A stretch of 64,000 nt of DNA from Planctomycetota bacterium. Its GTDB lineage: Bacteria > Planctomycetota > B15-G4 > SIAN01. This document shows, one piece after another, positions 9,151 through 17,413 of the stretch (the stretch's first letter is position 1; every line of letters starts with the position of its first letter). The position numbers were made by a program, and so were the translations under genes. Under the pieces are notes generated by a model. It did not search any database. It had not been told where the DNA came from and saw only the letters and a list, made by a program, of their open reading frames with translations. Where the stretch lies: assembly GCA_031409275.1 (NCBI GenBank), contig JANNXA010000037.1:46290-110289 (forward strand). The letters run 5' to 3'.

Positions 9151-10201
9151 CGTCCTCTCCTCTAGCTTCCACGGGGAGTGGCATCATCGGTGGCCAGCCG
9201 GGCGACGCGCAAGCACGCACTGCCCCTTCTTCCAGCGTCAGCAGTCGGGACGCCGCGCCAAGAACTCGACCGACGATCGCCGCGGCCCGCTCCGGCCCGG
9301 CGACCCCGCAGGCGGTGGCGAGCGCGTCGGCGGTCGCGCCATCGCGCGCAACGACAGTCGCCAGTCCGCGGCGAGTCAGCCCGAGCCCGGCCTTCGGATC
9401 GATCACGTGGCTGCGCCGTTCGCCTGCGACTTCGCTCCAACGGAACCGGTCTCCCGACGTTGCCAGGGCGGCGTTGGCGAGCTGCAGGGTCAGTCGCGGC
9501 GACGGAGCCGGCGCCGCGTCGTCGTCGGAGAAGTCGGAGAGCTCGATGCGCCAGCCATCGCGATCCGGCGGCGGATCGCCGGCGCGCAGGTCGCCACCGC
9601 CGACGAGCAGCGCGCGGGGAAATCCACGCTCCGTGACGACGGCGAGCGCCTGATCGAGGGCGTCGCCCTTCGCGATGGCACCGAGGTCGAGCGCCATTCC
9701 GGCCACCGCGAAGGTGAGCGTGCGCGCGTCGCGATCGACCGTGAGGAGCTCGAACCCCGTCGCTGCCCGCGCCCGCGCGAGCGCCGCGGCGTCGGGCTCG
9801 ACCCCTTGGCGGTGCGCCCGTCGCCAAAGTTGCACGAGCGGGCCGACGGTGATGTCGAAGGCGCCCTCGCTGACCGCCGACAGCTCCTGTGCTCGCGCCG
9901 CGACCCGCGCGAGGTCGGGTCCGATCGCGATCGGGGTGCCCGGTGCGGCGTTCGCGGCGCGGCCGACGCGGGACAGTTCGCTGTCGCTCTGCCAGTCGGA
10001 AAGGAGTCGCTCCAGTTCGTCGACCCGGGCGAACGCGGCGTCCGCGGCCGCCTGCGCATGGGCGGCGTCGTCGGCGTAGAGCAGCAGGCGGAAGCGCGTC
10101 CCCATCGCCGGGTGGTCGAAGGTGAAACGCTCGAGCGGCGCGCTGCAGCCGGCGAGCGAGACGCTCGCGATCAGCAGGAGTTGGAGGAGAGCGGCCTTCA
10201 T
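9122..10201 (-). CDS. apbE: FAD:protein FMN transferase, lipoprotein
   Basis: Lipobox SLAGC; AMGT, SELSR, GAFDITVGPL..LW, LDLGAIAKG, GGDLR, ATSGD, HVIDP and ADALATA motifs. Confidence 0.93.
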   Translation of the reverse strand: MKAALLQLLLIASVSLAGCSAPLERFTFDHPAMGTRFRLLLYADDAAHAQAAADAAFARVDELERLLSDWQSDSELSRVGRAANAAPGTPIAIGPDLARVAARAQELSAVSEGAFDITVGPLVQLWRRAHRQGVEPDAAALARARAATGFELLTVDRDARTLTFAVAGMALDLGAIAKGDALDQALAVVTERGFPRALLVGGGDLRAGDPPPDRDGWRIELSDFSDDDAAPAPSPRLTLQLANAALATSGDRFRWSEVAGERRSHVIDPKAGLGLTRRGLATVVARDGATADALATACGVAGPERAAAIVGRVLGAASRLLTLEEGAVRACASPGWPPMMPLPVEARGEDDVDPFADPP

Positions 10202-10303
10202 CAGTTTGCGGCGCGGGAGTATAGGTGGCGCCTCGCGGCGCGCTCGGTGCCGACTTCCAGGACGCGGCGAGGACGCGGCAAGGTCGCGGAGAGCGAAGTG
10301 GCG

Positions 10304-11449
10304 ATGACGACGCGCACGGCACGAAGTCGACCAGCGATCGCGGCCGGCGCATGCGCCACGCTCTTCGTCTCGATCGCGGCCGTGACCGCGCAGGAGCGCA
10401 TCTCCGTCTATCCCGAGATGCCGCCCGGCCGTCCGCCGCTCGAAGCCAATCCCGATGCGCTCGCAACGGACGCGGCATCGATGAAGCCCTACCGCGAGAT
10501 GATCCCGGGCAGCACCATTGGCTTCGAGCTCGTGCCGATCCCCGCTGGTCGCTTCGTGATGGGCAGCCCGGAAACAGAGGCCGACCGCAAGTCGGACGAG
10601 GGGCCGGCGCACGCGGTGGCGATCGATCCATTCTGGATCGGTCGCTGCGAGGTGACGTGGGACGAGTACCTGCAGTTCATGTCGAAGCTCGACCTGCAGG
10701 CGCGCGGCGGCGGCGAGAAGAAGCAGCCCGGCGACGACTGGGCCGATGCGGTCAGCCGACCGACGCCGCCCTACGTGCCGATGGACTTCGGCTACGGCGT
10801 GAAGGGCTTTCCGGCGATCTGCATGACGCAGTTCGCGGCGCGCCACTACACGAAGTGGCTCAGCATGAAGACCGGCCGCTTCTTCCGCCTGCCGACCGAA
10901 GCGGAGTGGGAGTACTGCTGCCGCGCCGGAACCACCACCACCTGGTCGTTCGGCGACGACGTCAAGCAACTCGGCGACCACGCCTGGTACTTCGAGAACA
11001 GCGACGCGGCGCCCCGTCCGGTGGCGCAGAAGAAGGCCAATCCGTGGGGCCTCTTCGATATGCACGGCAACGTCGCCGAGTGGACGCTGGACGCCTTCGA
11101 TGCCGGCTACTACGCGAAGTCGGCAGGCGAAGCGGCCGCCGACGGCGCAGTCGCCGGGCCGGTGAACTGGCCTCAGGCCGAGTACCCGCACGTGGCGCGC
11201 GGCGGCTCGTGGGATGACGATGCCGATCGGCTGCGCAGCGCGGCTCGCCGCGCGTCGAGCAAGGCGTGGAAGGTGCAGGACCCGCAGCTCCCGAAGAGCA
11301 TCTGGTACTTCACCGACGCGCGCTTCGTCGGCTTTCGCATCGTGCGTCCCTTGCGCGACCCGACGCCGGAAGAGCAGCAGAAGTGGTGGGAGCCCGGAGT
11401 CGCGCAGATCGCCGAGATCCTCGATCGCCAGCGCCACGGTGGCCGCTGA
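10304..11449 (+). CDS. Exported FGE-sulfatase (SUMF1)-fold protein lacking the catalytic Cys pair
   Basis: F.MGS...DEGP.H, EVTWDEY, RLPTEAEWEY, NPWGLFDMHGNVAEW, RGGSW and GFRIVR; signal peptide. Confidence 0.9.
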   Translation: MTTRTARSRPAIAAGACATLFVSIAAVTAQERISVYPEMPPGRPPLEANPDALATDAASMKPYREMIPGSTIGFELVPIPAGRFVMGSPETEADRKSDEGPAHAVAIDPFWIGRCEVTWDEYLQFMSKLDLQARGGGEKKQPGDDWADAVSRPTPPYVPMDFGYGVKGFPAICMTQFAARHYTKWLSMKTGRFFRLPTEAEWEYCCRAGTTTTWSFGDDVKQLGDHAWYFENSDAAPRPVAQKKANPWGLFDMHGNVAEWTLDAFDAGYYAKSAGEAAADGAVAGPVNWPQAEYPHVARGGSWDDDADRLRSAARRASSKAWKVQDPQLPKSIWYFTDARFVGFRIVRPLRDPTPEEQQKWWEPGVAQIAEILDRQRHGGR

Positions 11450-11489
11450 CGCCATGAACGGCCCAGTTGAACGGCCCATCGGAGCAGCC

Positions 11490-12818
11490 ATGAGTTCGCG
11501 CAACGATCCGACGCGTCGCAGCTTCCTCAAAGTCTCAGGTGCAGCGCTGCTGACGTCGACGGCGCTCGATCGCGTCGCCCACGCGGCGATGCAGCGGCTC
11601 GCGCCGGGCGCCTTCCTGACCGGCGACGACACGCTGAAGGTCGCGCTGATCGGATGCGGCGGCCGCGGCACCGGAGCGGCGGCGCAGGCGCTGTCGACGG
11701 CCGGGCCGGTGAAGCTCGTCGCCGTGGCCGATGCCTTTCGCGATCGTCTCGACAGCAGCTTGAACGCGCTGCGCGCCGACCACGCCAACAAGGTCGACGT
11801 GACTCCCGACCGCTGCTACGTCGGCTTCGACGCCTACAAGGCGGCGATCGACCAGTGCGACGTCGCCATCCTCACCACTCCGCCGGGTTTCCGGCCGCTC
11901 CACTTCGAGTACGCCATCGCGAAGGGCAAGCACGTCTTCATGGAGAAGCCGGTCGCCACCGACGCTCCCGGTGTGCGCCGCGTGCTGGCCGCCGCCGCGA
12001 TGGCGAAGCAGAAGAACCTGAAGGTCGGCGTCGGACTGCAGCGCCACCATGATCCGGGCTACATCGAAGCGGTTCGGCGCGTGCAGGATGGCGCCATCGG
12101 CGACGTGATGTTCCAGCGCGTCTATTGGTGCGACGGTGGCGTCTGGGTGAACCCGCGCCAGCCCGGTCAGACCGAAATGGAGTACCAGATGCGCAACTGG
12201 TACTACTTCACGTGGTTGTGCGGCGACCACATCGTCGAGCAGCACATCCACAACCTCGACGTCGCCAACTGGGTGAAGAACGGTCCGCCGGTGCGAGCGC
12301 GCGGGCAGGGCGGTCGCCAGGTGCGCACCGGCATCGACCACGGCGAGATCTTCGACCACCACCAGGTCGAGTTCGAGTACGCCGACGGCAGCAAGCTCTT
12401 CAGCTACTGCCACCATTGGCCCAATGCCTGGAGCAGCGTCAGCGAGCACGCGCACGGCACCAAGGGCTACGCTGATCTCTCGGCCAAACGCATCGAAGGC
12501 GCCGCCGCATGGCAGTTCGCACGCGCTCGCGGCGAGGAGGGCGTCGATCCCTACCAGATCGAGCACGACGTCCTCTTCGACGCCATCCGCAACGACAAGC
12601 CGCACAACGAGGCGGTCTACGGCGCCAACAGCACGATGACGGCGATCTTCGGCCGCATGGCGACCTACAGCGGGCGCGAGCTCACCTGGGACCAGGCGCT
12701 CGCGTCGGAGCAGAACCTCCTCCCCGACGTGCTCGATTGGAAGGCGATGCCGAAATCGCTGCCCGATGCCAGCGGCCGCTACAAGATCGCGCTGCCCGGG
12801 TCGGCGATGAATTCGTGA
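11490..12818 (+). CDS. Tat-exported Gfo/Idh/MocA-family oxidoreductase (paralogue)
   Basis: GGAG RBS; TRRSFLK Tat signal; GCGGRGTGAA; EKPVATD; RNWYYFTWLCGDHIVEQHIHNLD. Confidence 0.93.
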   Translation: MSSRNDPTRRSFLKVSGAALLTSTALDRVAHAAMQRLAPGAFLTGDDTLKVALIGCGGRGTGAAAQALSTAGPVKLVAVADAFRDRLDSSLNALRADHANKVDVTPDRCYVGFDAYKAAIDQCDVAILTTPPGFRPLHFEYAIAKGKHVFMEKPVATDAPGVRRVLAAAAMAKQKNLKVGVGLQRHHDPGYIEAVRRVQDGAIGDVMFQRVYWCDGGVWVNPRQPGQTEMEYQMRNWYYFTWLCGDHIVEQHIHNLDVANWVKNGPPVRARGQGGRQVRTGIDHGEIFDHHQVEFEYADGSKLFSYCHHWPNAWSSVSEHAHGTKGYADLSAKRIEGAAAWQFARARGEEGVDPYQIEHDVLFDAIRNDKPHNEAVYGANSTMTAIFGRMATYSGRELTWDQALASEQNLLPDVLDWKAMPKSLPDASGRYKIALPGSAMNS

Positions 12819-12861
12819 CTTCCCGCGGCGTTCGATTCCCCTCCCGACGAAAGGAACGGTC

Positions 12862-13362
12862 GTGACGACGAATGCTCTTGCCGCAGCGACGGTGCTGCTC
12901 GCGGCGTCGGTGGCCTTCTCGAATCCGTGGCAGGACGCGCCGAAACCGGCTGACCCGCCTGCGCGTCCCGCGTCTTCTCCTCAGGAGGAGCGCGACCACC
13001 AGGAAGCGGAGGAGACTCCGCTCGCCGCGGAGATGGAGAAGGTCGAGCACGCCGAGCACTTTTTGCGGCGAAGCATCGGCGATGCGGCGCAGGACGCCGA
13101 GTCGCTGAAGCGCATCGCAGAAGCGCAGCAGGCGATCCTCGCGGCGAAGCTGCTGCAGCCGAAGATGACGGCGAGCGTGCCCGAGGCCGAACGGGCGAAG
13201 TTCTTGTCGGACTATCGCCGCGAGATGGCCGGTCTGCTGATCGAGTTCACTCAGCTCGAGCGCGCGCTGCTCGACGGCGATCGTGAAGCGGCGAAGGCCT
13301 CCTACAAGAAGCTGCACGCGATGGAGGAGGTGGGCCACAACTCCTTCACCTCCGGCGACTGA
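12862..13362 (+). CDS. Exported cytochrome b562-like four-helix protein
   Basis: Signal peptide; N-terminal L..EM (Met ligand position) and C-terminal GH..F (His ligand position); all-helical pattern; no CxxCH. Confidence 0.6.
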   Translation: MTTNALAAATVLLAASVAFSNPWQDAPKPADPPARPASSPQEERDHQEAEETPLAAEMEKVEHAEHFLRRSIGDAAQDAESLKRIAEAQQAILAAKLLQPKMTASVPEAERAKFLSDYRREMAGLLIEFTQLERALLDGDREAAKASYKKLHAMEEVGHNSFTSGD

Positions 13363-13520
13363 CGGGCGGCTGACGGGCGGCGAGGCGGCATCTGCTGCGT
13401 CGGATCGCCCTCGTTGGCTCCTTTCGGAGCCAGACTTCGGGCCGATCCTCCTTGCATCTACCACCTCGGCGCTCCGTCAGCGTGAGCGCCGGCGAAGGCG
13501 GCGTGAAGTGGTGAGGAGCG

Positions 13521-13712
13521 GCGTGAGGTGGAGGGGAGCGGCGCTGCGCGCCGGCTCGCGAAGGCGAGGGTGGCGCGAGGGGGTGAAGAGCGGCGCTGCG
13601 CGCCGGCTCGCGGAGGCGAGGGGGGCGCGAGGTGGAGGGGAGCGGCGCGAAGCGCCGGCTCGCGAAGGCGAGGGGGGCGTGAGGGGGTGAGGAGCGGCGC
13701 GAAGCGCCGGCT
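13521..13712. repeat. Intergenic 52-bp tandem repeat (about 3.7 copies), two small hairpins per unit
   Basis: GAGCGGCGC recurs at 13536, 13588, 13640 and 13692. Stems are GGCGC-nnn-GCGCC and CTCGC-GRAG-GCGAG. Confidence 0.9.
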
Positions 13713-13742
13713 TGGGAGAGAAGGGCGGCTTGGGAGGGACGG

Positions 13743-14342
13743 GTGGCGGCGCGGATCGAGGAGTTGCGGGAGCGATTGGCGGAGATCGCGGCGGCGCCGA
13801 AGGACGAAGGGGTGTTGCGCGCGCTCTTTGTGCGGCCCGAGGTCGGGCAGCGGCGTGCGGTCGAGAGCGTGGAACTCGATTGCGTCTTGGGGGTGGTGGG
13901 TGACAACTGGAGCCGGCGCGGGAGTCGACGCACGGCCGATGGATCGCCGCATCCCGAGCAGCAGATCACGCTGATGAACGTGCGCGCGCTCGACGCGATC
14001 GCGGAGCGCGACGACCGCTTCGCGCTGGCCGGGGATCAGTTGATCGTCGACTTCGATCTCGGCGTTGCGAACGTCTCGTCGGGCACGCGTCTCGCCATCG
14101 GCACGGCGGTGATCGAGGTGACGACGCTGCCGCACACCGGCTGCGCCAAGTTCGCCGAGCGCTTCGGCGCCGACGCGCTCGCCTTCGTCAACTCGGTCGA
14201 GGGGCGCGCGCTGCGGCTACGCGGCATCAACGCGCGGGTGGTCGAGCCAGGCGCGGTGCGGATCGGCGACTCCATTCGCAAGCACCCGTTCGCGGCACCG
14301 TCCGCCCGGGCGACTCCCCCGGGCGCGACTCCGTCGCCATGA
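13743..14342 (+). CDS. MOSC domain protein
   Basis: GVVGDNW, QITLMN, AGDQLIVD, PHTGCAKFAERFG and RGINARVVEPGAVRIGD. Confidence 0.88.
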   Translation: MAARIEELRERLAEIAAAPKDEGVLRALFVRPEVGQRRAVESVELDCVLGVVGDNWSRRGSRRTADGSPHPEQQITLMNVRALDAIAERDDRFALAGDQLIVDFDLGVANVSSGTRLAIGTAVIEVTTLPHTGCAKFAERFGADALAFVNSVEGRALRLRGINARVVEPGAVRIGDSIRKHPFAAPSARATPPGATPSP

Positions 14343-14406
14343 TCCCGGCATTGAAGAGGCGCCGCGCCGAGAGGAGCGCGGGGTCGCGCTTCGGGAGATC
14401 AAGGTC

Positions 14407-15447
14407 ATGGAACGACGTGGACGGTTCCTGTCGCTGTTGGCGCTGCTTGGAATGTCAACCGGCGCTCCGGCGCAGGAGGAGGGTGCCGTGAAGGGTGAGA
14501 TGAAGCGGCCGAGCTACAGCAAGCTCGGCTACGACCTGACGCCGCCGAGTGCGGAGGCGAAGGCGAAGCGCCTCGCCGAGCTGACGCCCGAGCAGATCCG
14601 CGTCACGCAGAACGCGGGCACCGAGCCGGCAGGCTGCGGGCTGCTGCTGAAGGAGAAGCGCGCCGGACTCTTCGCCTGCGTCGTCTGCGGGCTGCCGCTC
14701 TTCAAGTCGGGCGCGAAGTTCGAGTCGGGCACCGGCTGGCCGTCGTTCTTCGATCCGTTCGCGCCGGAGCACGTGCGCGTGAACGCCGATCGCAGCCACG
14801 GCATGGTCCGCGAAGAGATCGTCTGCGGTCGCGATGGCGCGCACCTCGGTCACGTCTTCGATGACGGCCCGCCGCCGACGGGCAAGCGCTACTGCCTCAA
14901 CTCGGCGTCGCTGCGCTTCTTTGCCGATGGCGAAGCGCTGCCGCCCGAGAGCCTTCCGGTGGCAACGCAGGTGACCTACTTCGCGGGCGGCTGCTTCTGG
15001 GGTGTCGAAGATGTCTTCTCGACGGTCGAGGGGGTGGTCGACGCCGAGTCGGGCTACATGAACGGCAAGACCGAAGCGCCGACCTACAAGCAGATCTGCA
15101 ACCACGACACGGGCCACGCCGAAGCGGTGAAGATCGTCTTCGATCCGGCGCGAACGAGCTTCCGCAAGCTCGCGCAGTTCTTCTTCAAGATCCACGATCC
15201 GACCACGCTCAACCGCCAGGGGCCTGACATCGGCGATCAGTACCGCTCGGCGATCTTCACGGCCGACGCGCAGCAACAGGCCGACGCCGTCGCCCTCATC
15301 GCCGAGCTCGCGAAGCTCCCGAAGTACGAGAAGCGGCGCATCGTGACGGTGGTCGAGCCGGCGAAGACCTTCTGGCGCGCCGAGGAGTACCACCAGGACT
15401 ACCACCTGAAAAATGGCGGCAGCTGCCGGCTCCCGACCGACGACTGA
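14407..15447 (+). CDS. msrAB: Bifunctional MsrB-MsrA methionine sulfoxide reductase (Cys form), exported
   Basis: MsrB motifs SGTGWPSF, HLGHVFDDGP and RYCLNS; MsrA motifs FAGGCFWG, TGHAEAV, QYRSAIF and AEEYHQDY; C-terminal Cys; signal peptide. Confidence 0.95.
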   Translation: MERRGRFLSLLALLGMSTGAPAQEEGAVKGEMKRPSYSKLGYDLTPPSAEAKAKRLAELTPEQIRVTQNAGTEPAGCGLLLKEKRAGLFACVVCGLPLFKSGAKFESGTGWPSFFDPFAPEHVRVNADRSHGMVREEIVCGRDGAHLGHVFDDGPPPTGKRYCLNSASLRFFADGEALPPESLPVATQVTYFAGGCFWGVEDVFSTVEGVVDAESGYMNGKTEAPTYKQICNHDTGHAEAVKIVFDPARTSFRKLAQFFFKIHDPTTLNRQGPDIGDQYRSAIFTADAQQQADAVALIAELAKLPKYEKRRIVTVVEPAKTFWRAEEYHQDYHLKNGGSCRLPTDD

Positions 15448-15546
15448 GACGCAAGGCCGCGACGGCGCATCGCGCCGCATCGCGGTTCAAGGCAAACGGT
15501 TCACGGCATTGCCTTCCACCTCGGCCCGCTCTCCTCGAGGCTTTTC

Positions 15547-16566
15547 ATGCGATTCGCCCTTCTTCGTCGGTTGCCGCGGTTGCCGTTGCTGGCGCTGCTC
15601 GCCCTTTCCGGTGCGAGCTGCCAGCAGTCGGAGAGCGGCGCCGCCGCCACTGGCAGTCGCGTGGGCGGATCGTCGCGCGGCTATGACCTCGCGGCCCCGA
15701 GCGCGCAGGCGAAGGCGAAGCGCCTCGCCGAGCTCACGCGCCAGCAGCTGAGCGTCACCCAGGACGCCGACACCGAAGCGCCTGGAAGCGGCGCGCTGCT
15801 GCACGAAGAGCGAGCCGGTCTCTTCGTCTGCGTGGTCTGCGGGCTCCCGCTCTTCGAATCGTCCGCCAAGTTCGATTCGGGGACGGGTTGGCCGTCGTTC
15901 TTCGCACCGTTCGCTCCGGACCATGTGGTCGTCCGCAGCGATTCGAGCCTTGGCATCACGCGCGACGAGATCGTCTGCGGCCGCGACGGTGCCCATCTCG
16001 GGCATGTCTTCGACGATGGGCCGGCGCCGACCGGCAAGCGCTACTGCCTCAACTCGGCGTCGCTGCAGTTTTTCGCGGAGGGTGAAACCTTGCCGGCCGA
16101 CAGCAAACCGATCGAAGCGCAGACCGCCTACTTCGCCGGCGGCTGATTCTGGGGCGTCGAAGACGCCTTCGCCGCCGTCGGCGGCGTGATCGATGCCGAG
16201 TCGGGCTACATGAACGGCACCACCGACCATCCAAGCTACGCGCAGGTTTGTGGCGGCTCGACCGGCCACGCCGAGGCGGTGAAGGTCGTCTTCGATCCGA
16301 CGAAGACCAGCTTCAAGCAACTGATGCTGCGCTTCTTCGAGCTGTGCGACCCATGGGGCCGGCCTGGCGAATCGGTCGACCACGGCAGCCAGTACCGCAC
16401 CGCGATCTTCACCGCGAATGGCGAACAGCTCGCGCAAGCGCGCGCGCTCGTCGCCGAGCTCGCGGCGCAACCGCAACATGCCGGCCAGCGCTTCCTCACG
16501 CTGATCGAGCCCGCGCAGACCTTCTGGCGCGCCGAGGAGTACCACCAGGACTACTACAAGAAGTAG
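15547..16566 (+). CDS. msrAB: Second MsrB-MsrA fusion, predicted lipoprotein, with in-frame TGA (16144-16146) at the MsrA catalytic Cys; candidate selenoprotein (alternative: nonsense pseudogene)
   Basis: ORFs 15547-16146 and 16186-16566 are in the same frame. Read-through gives FAGG-U-FWGVED, aligning with FAGGCFWGVED of the upstream paralogue. Lipobox-like SGASC. Confidence 0.8.
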
Positions 16567-16589
16567 CGCGCATTCGGCGGGGGGCCGGA

Positions 16590-17318
16590 ATGGAACGTCG
16601 GTCGGGGCTCGGGAAGACGCTGCGCGACCTGCGCAATCGCTTCGACTTCTTCGTGCGCAGCCGCCTCCGACTCGGCCGCACCGTCGACGCCGCCGCGATG
16701 CTCGCGCAAGACGAGCCGCTCCAGGCCGAGTTCGCCGACTGCCTGTCGCGCTTCGACTGGCGGTCGGCGTTGGCCCGCTTCGCCGGCCGCGATCGGCTGG
16801 CGGTGGCGGACGTCGGCTGCCGGACGTTCCTCTTCGCGCCGGTGCTCGAGCGCTGCTTCGCGGCGCACGGGTTGCGCGTCGCGCTGCACGGGATCGAGCT
16901 CGACGCCTTCCGCCGCTTCACCGACCTGCGCACCCGCGAGGATCACGGCCGCTTCTACGCTGCGCAAGTCGAGGCGGGGCGCTACCACGCGATCGACGTG
17001 CGCGAGTTCCATGAGGCGCTCGACGTCGCGTTCCTGCTGAACCCCTTCGTGACCCGCGAGCCGCTGCTGCGATGGGGGTTGCCGCTGCGGACCTTCGCCC
17101 CCGAAGCGATCGTCGCCCACCTCTTCACGTTGCTGCAGCCGCGCCGCGGCCTCCTCTTCACCAGCAATCCGACCGAGGCGGAGCTCGCCATCACCCGGTC
17201 GATCGCGAGCGACCGCGGCTTCCGCCTCCTGCAGGAGCATCATTGGCAGGCCGCCGCGCCGAGCGAGTCGACCGACCGCTGGTGCGCGCTCTGGAGCTCC
17301 GGCGGCGCCGAGGGCTGA
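16590..17318 (+). CDS. Class I SAM-dependent methyltransferase-like protein
   Basis: VADVGC (motif I-like), HGIELD (acidic end of beta2), LLNPF. Confidence 0.55.
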   Translation: MERRSGLGKTLRDLRNRFDFFVRSRLRLGRTVDAAAMLAQDEPLQAEFADCLSRFDWRSALARFAGRDRLAVADVGCRTFLFAPVLERCFAAHGLRVALHGIELDAFRRFTDLRTREDHGRFYAAQVEAGRYHAIDVREFHEALDVAFLLNPFVTREPLLRWGLPLRTFAPEAIVAHLFTLLQPRRGLLFTSNPTEAELAITRSIASDRGFRLLQEHHWQAAAPSESTDRWCALWSSGGAEG

Positions 17319-17413
17319 GGCCGGCGGGGTGCCGTGACGGCTGGCCGATCGCGCGGAAGCGCCGTAGGCTCGCCCCTCCTCGATCCGATTCGCGGATCGT
17401 CGTGGAGTTCCCG

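Noticed and set aside
8948..11791. Large fusion proteins suggested by the 833-aa and 889-aa ORFs
   Set aside because: The real genes start internally (FGE at 10304, ApbE at 10201); the extensions are antisense to each other.
13521..13712. CRISPR array
   Set aside because: The inter-repeat segments are themselves near-identical rather than unique spacers, and no cas genes are in the window.
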